The notes below the pieces were generated by a model. The model worked only from the letters and a program-made list of their open reading frames with translations, was not told where the DNA came from and did not search any database. A DNA stretch of 64,000 nt, taken from Octopus bimaculoides (lineage: Eukaryota). Made by a program: the position numbers and the translations under genes. Where the stretch lies: NCBI RefSeq assembly GCF_001194135.2, contig NC_068984.1:98214259-98278258 (forward strand), given 5' to 3'. Positions 50,401-63,550 of the stretch are shown piece by piece. Every line of letters starts with the position of its first letter. The stretch's first letter is position 1.

Positions 50401-53400
50401 CCAAATGTCCTGTCACCTTACTTTGCAGTGGTTGGCAAAATTTTTCAGTAGTTTGCCTACAGGTGGCAAATACCAATTTGAAGACGCTGTTCTTTAGGTC
50501 GGTCTAACTATGCTGGCCTATCAGCAAAAATATTCCTGCTGTCCTTATCCCATCCTTTTCCCCGAGGACTTTAATTATCTATCTGTCCTTTATTTTACTA
50601 AGACAGTAGGTTGTGATTTAAAGAATATTGGCCTTTACTTCTAGTAGATGAAGCAATCAAATAGAAGCTCGACCTCTCCTGTTTCCTTAAGCTTATAAAA
50701 TATATATTATCAGCAGAAGTGGTATTAATGCCAAGAGGCAATATTTATCCCCACTTAAACATGGATGTTCTGTTAGAACAAACTTTACTGCAGTAGATAC
50801 CATGAGAGTTTCCACTCTTCAAAATGCTCCTTTTTAATATGATGGTAGATGTGTTAATATACCTGAAATACATAAGATTTTCAATCTAAGCTTTGTTCAT
50901 AGGAAAATGCTAAAGGGGAAAAAGTATCAAAAGTAGATTCGCTATTTTCTGACAAGTGGCTTAGAAAATATACATTACACTGAAGAGTGGGAATTATTGT
51001 TGGGTACCTTATAGATGTAATTAAGAGACCAAACTGAGAAATTTAAACTTGTCCTTTTACCGATTATAAAAGCATTTGATAAAAGGCATACCAGATGTAA
51101 TAATCTTTTTTTTTTATTTTTAGTTGTAGGGTAATAAGGATTAAATTATCTAGGTTGTTCTTTCCTTATTTAGATAGTAAGATATGATTTGAAGGAGATT
51201 TGTTTGCTATTTCTTGCAGGCTTAATGACCATGTAGAGACTCCTTCATTAGTTTGTTGCTATTATTTAGCAACAGGTTAGCCCTGGTTGACCAATTGTGT
51301 GACCAAAGGTCATAAGCTGTCTTTTATTCACTCTGATTGTGAATAAATCTGTAATTCAAAGGTGTTAGAACCATCATCTTTTTTTAAGGCATAGTGTATC
51401 CTATTCTTCCGAGGGATATGTGGCTGCTATTTTTAGTACATTAAGTGAAGTCATAGCTGCAACCTGTCTTTTTTCTTTTTGGGCAGACTGTAGATTTTTG
51501 ACTACATTGTCCAGTGTGTTCTTTTCGAATCAGTAAGATGTGATTTAAAGGAGATTTAGTTGATCTGCCATTTCTAGCAAGTCAAGTAACTATAATGAGA
51601 TTCTTTCCCGTTTTGGGATACATGGTGTGATCATTCCTACAACTTCTCTATTGATAATTACACCATCCTAAAAATCTTTAATTATGTTGTCTATATATTT
51701 GCAGAGACTATACCAATACCACAGCTATTATACTCTAGAAAAATTTAAATCAAAATTAATTTTGAAAAGTTAAACTAAAAAGAAAAAAAATCCTCTAAGC
51801 TCCATAGATCTTTTAAGAGCCAGTGTTTCATTTGTCTTATGGTATTAATAAATGAGACACAAACATTTGCCCTGGAAAGAATGCTTGCCTGTTATTGATA
51901 AACCTGTAATTTTTTCCCTTGTTCAGTTCTAAATTCAGCCTCAAATGCACTTAGTGTATCCATGACCACATCATCCAAAGTGTCTTTTTAAAATAAAAGG
52001 GTGTATTTTGTGTGAGATTTGACTGTTATTTCTATTAGACTGAGTAGCATATAGAGGCTCCCTTATTGTCTGTGCTGTTATCTTGCCTCTCAACCCTAAT
52101 TTGATGAAAGTCAAAGGCTGCTTTTATCTTTTTTTTTTCCCATCCAAGGGAATTTTCAGCCCAATATTTCACAGGCTATTATTTATAGCTTTATCTACTT
52201 CAAGTTCCACCATAACAAATAATTTAATTCAATTCTGTCAAAGTTTCTAAATTTTTATAAATGAAACATTAAATTTTATAAATTTTTTTTTTTTTTTAGA
52301 AAAGATCTGATTACCTCGGTGGTCCATTTATTGTCAGCCCCAATTCTAACTTATGAGGAATAAAACATGGGATTGCCATATTAAAAACAGTAGTCTGTTG
52401 CTGCAGAAATGGCTGCTACATTGAACCAGTCAAACAACTGCATAGAAGTTGGCTAACTGGTCTTGTCTATTACACCTGTTAACTTTGTTAGCAATACTTT
52501 GTCATTTAGCTGTTTATTATTGATTGCAGTCAGATTGTCTATTGCTTGTTCTCTAATTGTATCTATAGCTTGTATATTTTGATTTAGATTTTTGATGCTT
52601 GATGCATTAAAAACGTTAACACTAGCTTAGCTATTTTTTAATTTTTTTCCTGTACATATGGATGACACCACTGAGTAATTAAACAGAGTGGTATATTTGT
52701 TTTAAGTATGTTAATTTTTTATGCTTACTTGTGTACAATATTGTACAACTACTTTGTGAATCTTATTACTTCTTTGGCAAGAGCTGTGAAGGCTTTGCTT
52801 CACTGTGGAGGTATAATAAGACTGAAACATATCCATGTCTCCCGTATTTGTCTGAGTAATATTAGTCACTAAGATGATGTTGCTTATTCCTCACCACATA
52901 ATTAGAGACATAATTAATGTAATACTCATTATCTTAATTATGTTAACTTAGAAATGTCTTCTTTCTTCCACCATCTTACGTCGTCAATAAATATGCAGTT
53001 CTTTGAAGCTAAAATGATTTCCTATCTTAACTTCTAACAGAGCCACCATTAATGCTGTAGTCATGCATGCTTCCATCTTCATTGCTAAACATTTTGTGTG
53101 ATATTATATGTTTGACTTAGCAAGTTCCTGTAAGTATTCCAGTGAAAGTTTGGTAAACTGTCTTCATTTAAGCACTGAAGGAAATCATTAGGGAATCCAC
53201 TTAGAATTCTTTCCTGTTCCACTTGGAGGAAATTAACTTTAACTTTATAATTGTTTAATCTCATTAATATTCTTGGGTATGGTATGAATGTTAGAACATC
53301 CAGTAGACTTCATGACAGTGTTTATGATAATAATTGTTTCAAATTTCAGCACAAGGCCTGAAATTTGAGAAGGGGTTTAGTTGATACCATTGACTCCAGT

Positions 53401-53829
53401 ACTTGAGTGGTGCTTTATTTTATCTACCCCAAAAAGATGAATGACATGGTTGAGTTTGGCAGTATTTGAACTCTGAAACTGAAGAGCTGGAACTAATACT
53501 GCAAAACATTCCAACACATTAATGATTGTGCCAGTGGTCCAGAGCAACATTTATGAGGAGGATGTGGTTAATTAAACAAAATTTTAATACTTGATTGGTA
53601 CGTTATTTTACTAGTCTTAGAAATATTAAAAGGAAAGTCTGAACTGAGAATGTAAACAAATGTAATTAAACACTGAAAGGCATTTTGTCTGATATTCGGC
53701 TGATTTTTGCCAATTCACTGCATCTCTTTATTTTTCAGAAGGGTGATAGTTGAGATATTACAAGGACAAATTAGATAAGTTTTTAAGAATCATATTTGTA
53801 GAAACAGGCATGGTAATCAACAGAATAAA

Positions 53830-54190
53830 CAGCAGCAACTTGATGTGTACAGCTCTCAGGCCAGGCTCCACTGCTCGTCAGGCTGAGAAAAGCAAACTGT
53901 CAAAGTATTGGTTGCTCTCCAACAGCTTGTGGCAGTGGAGACCTCTAGCGTTCTTGGCCCCCGGACCATATCCTTGCTCATTGTTGTCAGAGCAGAGATG
54001 GCTATCTGCAAGTGTGAGCCCTGGGAGTCAGAGTGGCTGTTCCAGTACATCTCCTGCGCCATTCTTTGGGGTACCACTTTTTGCACTTTGTCTGCTAGGA
54101 CCATGAGATGGTCTGAATTACAGGAAATTGAGAAACTGTAGGAATTTTGTAGCTTACTAAACAAACAATAAACAGAATAAACAATACATG
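53830..54190 (+). mobile_element. CRE-like (RLE) non-LTR retrotransposon 3' end
   Basis: ARQAEKSKLSKY..VAVETSSVLGP..WLFQYISCAI resembles the C-terminus after the restriction-like endonuclease; A-rich tail AAACAAACAATAAAC. Confidence 0.6.
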
Positions 54191-54760
54191 AATACACTTC
54201 AGTAGGAGGTCAGCCGTCTAAGCTCAATCAAAGAACATTACAGATCCAGGACTACTCTCACTACCAGAGCAAATGATTATGCTCTCTGGCTTACAAGTAC
54301 AATTAGATTTATTCACTTGGACCATACTTGCCACAGTCATCGACCTTCCAATAAATTTAGTGAAAGGCAGCATTTTCCTTCCCTTCCTATCCATATCATA
54401 CTTGAAAAAGTTGATGAGGTCTTAGCTTAAAATATATTATTTGTCCTTAGTTCCTCAATGATAATCCATTACAACATTAGAATGTTTTAACAGCTATTTA
54501 AATAGGAGAAATCTTGTTCTCTAATTTACAACAATGTGTTTTCTATTCTTTGCCTCAGTCTCGTAGAATTGAACAGTACTCATTGATTCATTTACAGCTA
54601 CTTATGGGCCTTAAACTTATGTCCAGTTTACTGTCACTTGTGAGACATTGACAAATATAAATTTCAATGTCATTTGTAACCCCTTAACACACACAGCACA
54701 TTGTCATTTGTGGTTCTTAACTCATCATTTTATTGCTATTTGTGACTCTTTCACAGAGAA

Positions 54761-54794
<34 letters not shown>

Positions 54795-55670
54795 CTTCTA
54801 TGTAATTCTTGTGTCTATGTTCCCAACATGCATAACATCAACAGTTGTTGTCTAATTAACTGATTCTTCAAAATTTCTTGATCATAACTTTTTCAATCAC
54901 AAAGTTCTATTAAATTTATTATTGAATAACAATATATCACCTCTACTATACCACACCATCACTATTACATCATCATAGTACCACTATCACATATCTTCAT
55001 ACCACATTACAAACCCACCACTACCATATCACATTGTTGTCCCCACTATCACACTACCACCACTACCAGATAGCTACCTCTACTACATTATCACAATGAC
55101 CACCACTACTACCACATCATAACCACCACCACTATGTTACCATCACAACCAGTGTGTCTTCAGGAAATGGCACTTGACTATCATCCACTCCGTAATCTAA
55201 GTTGTTGCTAAATTCTACAAGTGACTCCCTACCTAAACCAATAATTACTTCCGTAATATTCTAAACCTGAAAAGCAAAATTATAAGGTTTAGCAATTAAT
55301 TTGCTGTTAAAAGTTACGCAGCAGTTAGGATACATTAACCAGCTGGTTAATGTTGGATCACTGTCAGACTGGCTTCATTTCATCAAACTAGTCTTTATCA
55401 CTAAAAGAAACCCTTATTACTAAAAAGAGACCTTAATATTGCTTATTTGGCTCAGTTACTTGATGCTAATGCTGCTGTACCCTGGGCAAGTGTCTTCTAT
55501 TTTAACCGCAGGTTGACTAAAGCCTTGTAAGTTGATAATTGTGTGATGGAAACTGAAAAATACCTGTTGTGTGTGTGTGTGTGTGTAGACTGTTATCTAA
55601 CACTTCATTGAACCTCTAGTGAGAAACTGATTGGTAAGACCAGCTATAATGGATATATAATACTGTATGC

Positions 55671-55713
<43 letters not shown>

Positions 55714-56662
55714 CACACACACACACACACAAGTGTGTGTGTGAGAGTTTGTGGCGCCTGGTCATGACATCACAGGATAATTCTAATCAAAATGCATTGT
55801 GATGAAAGCTGTGTCCTACATTTCCAGTCTTCCATGAAAACATATCCTGACATGGGAGGAATGTTGCCTTAGTTGTAAACAAGTGAAGATTGATATCAAG
55901 TTGGATATCTGGCCATAGAAATCTACCTCAAAAAATTCCGTCTGGCTGCACATGCATAGAAAAGTGGACATTAAAACAATGACGACAATGAATATGATGA
56001 GCATAAGTAAAAAATTTAATGACTTGCAGGACATAATATACATCACAATGTCTCCAAGGTGATACAATGAACTTTACTCAATATATTAACCTAATCAATA
56101 CAGCAACTTGAATAGCTGATTTCAAAATAGTGTAGAAGTATCCTTCTTATGAATACATAACTATCCCTGTATTTCACTCTTGTATATATCTATATCTAAA
56201 TGATATGCTAATTTGTGTGGAGATAGAAAGAACAAACAGACCCATGATCAAAGGTATTTTAGTTGTGGTCACCCCATCTTTTATTCAGACTGGTATAACT
56301 AGTTCCACATTATCCAATAATGTGTCCTTGATTCTGAGATGATGACCTGAATGAGATTTGGCTCCTATTAAGAGCAAGTCAAACTGCGTCATAGAAGATT
56401 CTTTGTTTGCTTGTATTTCCTATTATGTCTCTGTAAATACCATCCTATTTATATTATTTCAAATATTAGTAAGGTATGATTCAATAACAGTGGATAAACC
56501 TGTATTTGTTGGCATCTTTTGTTGTTAAGTTTCATATAATCAGCTTAGTTAAATGAATGCTCAGTTGGATATGATATTGGTGACATATATTTATAAAGTT
56601 TATATGGAATTTATTCTACATGATAGTGTTCAGTTGTCAATCTGTTTGTTGGTATAAGTATA

Positions 56663-57894
56663 CACTATGTGATCAAAAGTATCCTAACACCCATCTGATA
56701 ATGAGGTACAAGTTTGGGCCACTCTCCATCAGGAACACTGGCAGTCAATACTGTGTTGGCCCACCCTTAGCTTTGATGACAGCCTCCACTCTTGCAGGCA
56801 TACTTTTGATCACGTGACGGAAGGTTTCCTGGGGAATGACAGCCCATTCTTCACAGAGTGCTGAAATGAGCAAGGGCTTTGATGTGGGTTGGTGTGGTCT
56901 AGTATGAAGTCAGGTTTCAAAAACATCCCAGAGATGTTTGATGGGATTTAAATCGGGACTCTGCACAGGCTAGTCCATTAGTGGGACGTTGTTGTTGTCA
57001 AACCACTCCCCTACAACCCCTGCAGTATGGACAGGTGCTTGGTCATGTTTTGAAAGACACAATGGTGATCTCTGAACTGGTCTTTGATGGTAGTCAGCAT
57101 GAAAGTGGTTAAAATGTCATTGTAAGCTTGTGCCATGACAGTGTCACACAAAGCAACTAGGGGGCTAAGCCCCTCCAGAAGAAAGAAGACTGTGTCATGA
57201 CTCCACCATTACTGAATTCCACACTATATAGGCTGGTGCATATCATTCACCAGGCATTTGCCACACCAACACCCTACTGTCAGTTTGCCACATTGTGTAC
57301 ATGATTCATCACTTTACACAATGGTTTTCCACTGTTCTATAGTCCAGTTCCAATGCTCTTTACACAATGCAAGGTGGTGTTGGACATTTGTATGTGATAT
57401 ATGGCTTATGGGTAGCTGCTCTTCCATGGAAACCAAGTTTCTACACCTCATGCTAAATAGTCATGGTGCTTGAAGTAGCTCCTGCTGCAGTTAGGAATTC
57501 CTGTGTGATGGTGGTGAAGGGTGATAGATGATTATGCTGTATGACCATCCTCAACATTTGATGGTCTCTAAGGTTTAACATGGGAGGTTAGTCCAAACGC
57601 TTTTGGGTTGTACGTGTCCCTACATGTTTCCACTTCACTATTACATTGGAAACAGTGGACCTAGGGATGTTGAAGAAGGTGGAAATCTTGTGCACAGGCT
57701 TAATAGACAAGTTGCACCTGACCATGTCGAAAGTCCATTAATTCTGCAGAGCATCCCATTCTGCTGCCTAGTGCTGTCTGTTGACTACTGAGAATGCTCA
57801 CCATGTGTTCCGTGTGGTAAATAGTAGTACTGTGGCTCCCTCTGTGATAAATACATGTTTTGCGGAGTGTCCAGATACCTTTGATCACATTGTG
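56663..57894 (-). mobile_element. Full-length decayed Tc1 element (1232 bp)
   Basis: TIRs CACTATGTGATCAAAAGTATC / GATACCTTTGATCACATTGTG with TA on the left; minus-strand pseudo-ORF 57759-56745: MGCSAELMDF...HDQAPVH..PVQSPDLNPIKHLW..SMPARVEAVIKAKGGPTQY*. Confidence 0.9.
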
Positions 57895-57994
57895 TGATCA
57901 ATGTGCAAGTGTGAATGTGCACACATGCATCAAGCATGTGCTGTGAGTAAAATACTCTGAGTATGCTATAGGTATTAATAAAGTAGATTGTCAA

Positions 57995-58430
57995 CAAGCA
58001 TGACTGTTTGGTAAGAAGCTTACTTCTCAGCCACATGGTTCTGGGTTCAGTCCCTCAAGCTGTTGGAGAGAAACCAGTCTTCTACTATAGCCTTGGGCTG
58101 ACCAACACTTTGTGAGTGGATTTGGTTGACAGAAAGTGAAAGAAGACCGTAGTATATATGTGTGTGTGTCTCTTTGTGTCTGTGTTTGTCCCCCCACCAC
58201 TGCTTGACTATTGGTCCTGGTGTGTTTATATTCCCATAACTTAGTGGTACAATAAAAGATATGGAAATAATAAGTACCATGCCTATATGAAAAAAAAAAA
58301 GATATGGATAGAATAGATACCTGCTTAGATAGAAAAAAATTAAGCACTGGGGTTGATATATTTAACTAAAAAATTTTTCAAGGTGGTGCTCCAGCATGGT
58401 TGTAGTCTTTTGACTGAAACAAGTAAAAGA
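57995..58430 (+). mobile_element. tRNA-derived SINE (same family as 22766)
   Basis: GGTAAGAAGCTTACTTCTCAGCCACATGGTTCTGGGTTCAGTCCC...GGTGCTCCAGCATGG...GACTGAAACAAG. Confidence 0.8.
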
Positions 58431-59379
58431 AGGTAAAAGTTATTTGCACATACAGAGAGAGAGAGAGGTGTTTAAGAATTCATAAGTCAGAAAACATATG
58501 CACTCACCTGATCTTACCAATTGGTATCATACTGAGTCTTAAACCAGATGTTAGATGACAACACAGTTATATAATACCATGTGTTCATCAGAGCCAACTG
58601 GTATGGAAAAGAAATATGGCAACCGTTCTCTTTTGTTGTGGGTGCTGTGAAAAAAGACAAAACAAACTCAACAAAGGTTGTATCAAGAGTCATATCCCTT
58701 AACCCCAAAAGCCTCTGAGTCTACAAGAGTTTTCTGAAAATGTGTGTAGGAGTTAGGGATTGGTATTCATGTAGGGCTGGAATATGTCAAGAGGTATTGC
58801 ATGTTTAGGTTGTTTTGGGTGGGAGCAGGGGTGCTGGCTGGGTGCCTAAATGCTTAAACACATGTTAGGGCTCATAAATGTCTGTGTTTGTTTGTGTATG
58901 TTTTAGTTAAACACTTTGATAAGTTCTCAGGATATGGTCATGAAAGAGCCAAAGGTGAAGTGGTGTTGTTTGGTCTGTAATGAAGGACAGAACCCATGGC
59001 TTTTGCAAATGCTCCTAGGCAAGTGAGATCAATGCCATTACATTCTAGTTCAACTGTAGCAAATTGACAGTTGTATGGAAAACATTTACGGACAGGGAAT
59101 AGCAGCAAGCTAACATTCTTTGGAACAAGAATTGGGCATTATGGTTTGTATCATCTCCATCATTCTAGAATGTTAATAAAAGTCATCTACCATTAGTTTC
59201 TTGAACTGAGAGAGCTTAGCCCCTTGAAGACAATGAAGGTCTACTAACAACCATTACTGTGCTACACATATAGAAGATTGTATGAAGTGTAATGCAGCAT
59301 TGCAGCAAGACTTCAGCATTGAATGCAGAAAGTGTGTGAAGGTTGGAGAGAAATGGAACAAGCATTCTCGAGTGGATGT

Positions 59380-59740
59380 ATCATGTTAGGGTGCATGAAT
59401 GATGTGGTACAGATGAGCTGTGAAATTAACTAGGTTTAGGAGGAAACAGCTGTAATGTGAAAATACAAAGACTGTTGGTGGTATAGATGTGTGTTGTGTA
59501 TGGAGGATAACAGGTGGTAAAAAAAAGTTCCAGGATATTTAAGTAGAAGAAAACTGTGGAAGAAGTAAAACCTAAGAAGACATTAAAAAATAGTGAAAGC
59601 TATTTTCAGTATGATGAATCCCACGATAAATTACAAGAGAATGCAACAAATGGTGTGATATGCTGGAAAGGACACAACCAACCCATGCAAGCATGAGAAA
59701 ATGAATGTAAAAAGGATGACAACAGTTATGATGATGAAGC
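59380..59740 (+). mobile_element. Decayed RTE 3' end
   Basis: Ends CCAACCCATGCAAGCATG...ATGATGATG, as in the other RTE tails. Confidence 0.6.
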
Positions 59741-60873
59741 AGGAGCAGCAGATCAACACTTATCTTTGTGAATTGAGATTTAGATATTTCCTATCGAATC
59801 TTAAGTAACATCTTTATTTTATTTAAAAATTTTATCTTCAAAGAGTTAACAGTGTCATTTCTTGATTACCGCATCATATATATATTAATTTCTTATACAT
59901 TAATCTTAAATATTGTCTAACAACTTAATCCATTACAACCACAATCCCCACACAAAACCTCAAATACTTTATCTATCACAGAAGTCATTAAAGCATTTTT
60001 ACCTCAGTTATTTTATTGTAGAGTTTTAAAAAATTATCCTTACAGTCTAGTATTTTCTTTTAAACAAGGTTTACTTCAAATGTCAAATTTATAATATTAC
60101 CAGTTTATATTAGAAGCTAGCAGTAATTAGCTGGAGTTGCTTGTGTGAGTTATATTAAGTGAAACTGGTAGAAAATAAAATATGACATCTAAGTTAAAAA
60201 GAAGACATTTATAAAAGAAAGTTACATTACATCAATGTGGCTGTTCCATGTCACTACTAGTTTAACCCCAAGCAGGTCTTCCACCAGCTGGTTATCAGTG
60301 CAGCGCTGCACCCTGTACACACATTTATAAAAGAACTATATTATAATTCTTTCTGCTATAGGATAAAGTGGCATATTTTGGAGGAAGAAACAGGCCATTA
60401 TACTGACGCTTGTATTCATTGTTATTTTATTCATTGACAATTAATAAACTACTAAAAATGATATGGTTTCATTATGGAAATGTGTCCACTAAGTTAATAT
60501 ATGTGTGCGAATGAAGTTATATAAAAAAAAAACGTGGAAGAAAAGAATGTATTATATACTAAGTCTGAAAGGAAAATATGAAAGAATTATAATTAAAATA
60601 TGGAATAGTTTCACTGCTGAAATCAGTGAACAGTTTCACTCTGAGAATCAGTGAATTGAGAATGGCTTTAAGTATGTAGAATGTCCTACATTTTTGTTGT
60701 AGTTTCTATTGTATTTATGCATCTTTACACCGACACAGTTTCATATTAAACATTTGTCATGGAAAGATTTTATAATGTCTAATGTCATCTTACAATCAAG
60801 CATGAAATTTCAGCTCTGAGTGTTTAACCAGTAAAAAAAGAGGACTGACACATATTTTATTTATAAGATAATA

Positions 60874-61100
60874 TTAATCCTTTCAGCATTTAGATTGGTC
60901 ATATCCAGCCAAAATATTCTACTTGTTTTGTTTAAACTACCCAGGTCCTGGCTCTCACACATACCCTGCGATATCATTGTTAAAATATACATTCACATCT
61001 TCAAAATCTCAAAGCTACAAGATAACACGTGATTAATTCAAAACAATGTGACTAAATAAGCATTACATTTGAGAGAGTAATCTGAATACTAAAGGGTTAA
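60874..61100. mobile_element. piggyBac-type MITE (inverted relative to 11075 copy)
   Basis: TTAA-TCCTTTCAGCATT...AATACTAAAGGG-TTAA; ends 86 nt upstream of the exon at 61187. Confidence 0.78.
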
Positions 61101-61186
61101 CGATAATGTTTATAATTAATAATTTCTTCTGTATGTGTTATCTATGCTGTATTTGTCATACTTGATAATATGTTTCTAATTACCAG

Positions 61187-61359
61187 CATGAAGCCTGCAA
61201 TCATGGTTATGAGAAAATTGTGAAGGTGCTACTTGACAGTGGTGCACTTATCAATACACCAGGATCTGAGAATGATACTGCATTGCATGATGCTGTGAGG
61301 AATGGCAGAATTGGTTGTGTTAAATTGTTAGTGTCACGTGGAGCCTGTCAGACTCTCAG
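61187..61359 (+). CDS. BARD1: BARD1 orthologue, 173-nt ankyrin exon (phase 0 in, phase 2 out)
   Basis: taattacCAG acceptor and AG|GTATTA donor; HEACNHGYEKIVKVLLDSGALINTPGSENDTALHDAVRNGRIGCVKLLVSRGACQTL(R). Not in the ORF track. Confidence 0.93.
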
Positions 61360-62502
61360 GTATTATTTCTTTATTTAAAAAAAAAAATTTTAAATCAAGA
61401 CTGTTCTATACATTATAAACATCAGTATCAGAGAGAAAAGGGAAGCAGGCCGGTTGTGAGAGAACTGAATCATGTAGCTATTGCCTGTTGTAGTTTGGGT
61501 GTCTGTCAATTCAATGGATCTATTGTTCATTATCTGTCGCAAATTGATATTTATAATCTCTGATATCATGTACATTAGAACCTTAGTAGTTAATTAATGA
61601 ATAAATATACACCTTGATAATTGTCTTAAGTGTTTCAATTGTTTAGTTGATGATATGTTTAAGATTCTTCACCAAATGCTGTGTAACCAGGTAGTTAACC
61701 TACTTACTTAACATGATCCCTCATTTAAAGTACTAAATATTTGGATTTACTTGTATTTATTTTTGATTTAAGATTTCAGTTGATACATCCTCAAAGTGAA
61801 TACCACAACTACCGCCAATTATAGGGTTCTACCAATTTGAAAATCTTATTGCCATTTAGCAAGTCTCTCTAATGCTTGAGAACATTTTTAAAAAGATTGA
61901 ATTCATACTACAAGCTATAATCATAGCACAGTACCTACTTACAGCTTAGTGGACTGAGCTATTTGGAAGTATGTTGGTAGTGGACATGGCACAATGTAGG
62001 CAACAATATTCAATTTTGCCCATTTCATCTTGAGTTCAATGTTATTAACAAGACAGAAGGCTAAATATTAACACCAGAATGGCATAATGTGAAATTTGGT
62101 AACATTATGGTAACAGAGCTACATGATTAATAACTATTTCATTGCTCCTGGAGGGTTGAAATACTCAGTTAACCTGACTTTGATTGGATTTGAAGTCATA
62201 TTGTAGAGATACAGAACTAAATACTAAAAGACACTACTTTCTTCTGTATTTCAGCTACTTTATATGTAATGTTACTTGTGAAACAGTAACAGTATTGTAG
62301 GTTTTAGAAATTCTGATTATGATTGTAAAATAATATGAAGCTTGTTTACCAGCTATATCTATTTGAAGTTAAGTGGATCAGTTCAGCCAGTAAATTTTGA
62401 CCTATTTCAGCTACTCACATATACAGACTGTAAAACTCTTAAATTGCAGTTACAGAAATATGTGCTTCATTTAACCAAAGACTATTTTACAATCTCTCTC
62501 TC

Positions 62503-62822
62503 ATCATCATCATCATCAATGTTTAACATCTGTTTTCCATGCTGGCATGAGTTGGGGAGCCAGCAGCTGCACCAGGCTCCAATCTGATCTGGCAATGTTT
62601 CTACAGCTGGATGCCCTTCCTAATGTCAACCACTCCGAGAGTGTAGTGAATGCTTTTTATGTGCCACTGGCACAGGAGCCAGTCAGGCGGGTCTGGCATT
62701 GATTCATGTTCGGATAGTGGCTTTTACGTGCCACCAGCACAGGGGCCAGTCAGTGGGTACTGGCATTGGCCACGTTTGGTTGGTGCTTTTTACGTGCCAC
62801 TGGCATGAGAGCCAGTCATGGG
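62503..62822 (-). mobile_element. RTE 3' UTR/tail copy with ~2-3 tandem units
   Basis: (CAT)n tail, TTTCTACAGCTGGATGCCCTTCC, and repeated TTTTAYGTGCCACYRGCAC..GCCAGTCA units. Confidence 0.8.
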
Positions 62823-63159
62823 GTGAAAATAATAAATTAACAATAGTCAAATAGGTATAGGTGGTGAACTTAATCAGTCATCAGGTTTAAGACTGCCATC
62901 TGGTCCTTTGGTGATTTTTCACAGAGTTCAATCTGTTGAAAGCTTTTGAGCCATGTTTTTAGTTTAAGGACAGTTTCTTCCTTTCCTTCTATCAATTTCA
63001 GAACCCCTGTAAAAATAATGATGACTTCCTCTCCTCATGAAGTCATAAAAGAATTATTAAATATTAATTTTTTATTTTACCATTTCATCCATTATGTTGT
63101 ACATATATTAATTTAGTTGTAAGAACTAAATTAATATATTTGCTGCTTGTGTGTATAAA

Positions 63160-63550
63160 AGTTGTTGTTGTTGGCACTCTGTCGCTTACGACGTTGAGGG
63201 TTCCAGTTGATCCGTTCAACGGAACAGCCTGCTCGTGAAATTAACGTGCATGTGGCTGAGCACTCCACAGACACGTGTACCCTTAACGTAGTTCTCGGGG
63301 ATATTCAGTGTGACACAGTGTGACAAGGCTGACCCTTTGAATTACAGACACAACAGAAACAGGAAGTAAGAGTGAGAGAAAGTTGTGGTGGAAGAGTACA
63401 GCAGGGTTCGCCACCATCCCCTGCCGGAGCCTCGTGGAGCTTTAGGTGTTTTCGCACAATAAACACTCACAACGCCTGGTCTGGGAATCGAAACCGCGAT
63501 CCTATGACCGCAAGTCCGCTGCCCTAACCACTGGGCCATTGCACCTCCAC
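63160..63550 (-). mobile_element. tRNA-derived SINE, full length, with 9-bp TSD
   Basis: TSD GTGTATAAA at 63151-63159 and 63551-63559; head TGGCCCAGTGG (A box) and GGTTTCGATTCC (B box); (CAA)n tail; CpGs largely retained, so probably young. Confidence 0.9.

Noticed and set aside
59508-59540. Match to the mariner left TIR (AGGTGGTAAAAAAAAGTTCCAGGA)
   Set aside because: It lies inside a decayed RTE 3' region with no partner TIR; likely coincidence.
12301-61359. Assignment to ANKRD11/12, BCOR or SLF1
   Set aside because: These have similar ankyrins, but the upstream in-frame RING exon and the exon sizes and phases favour BARD1.
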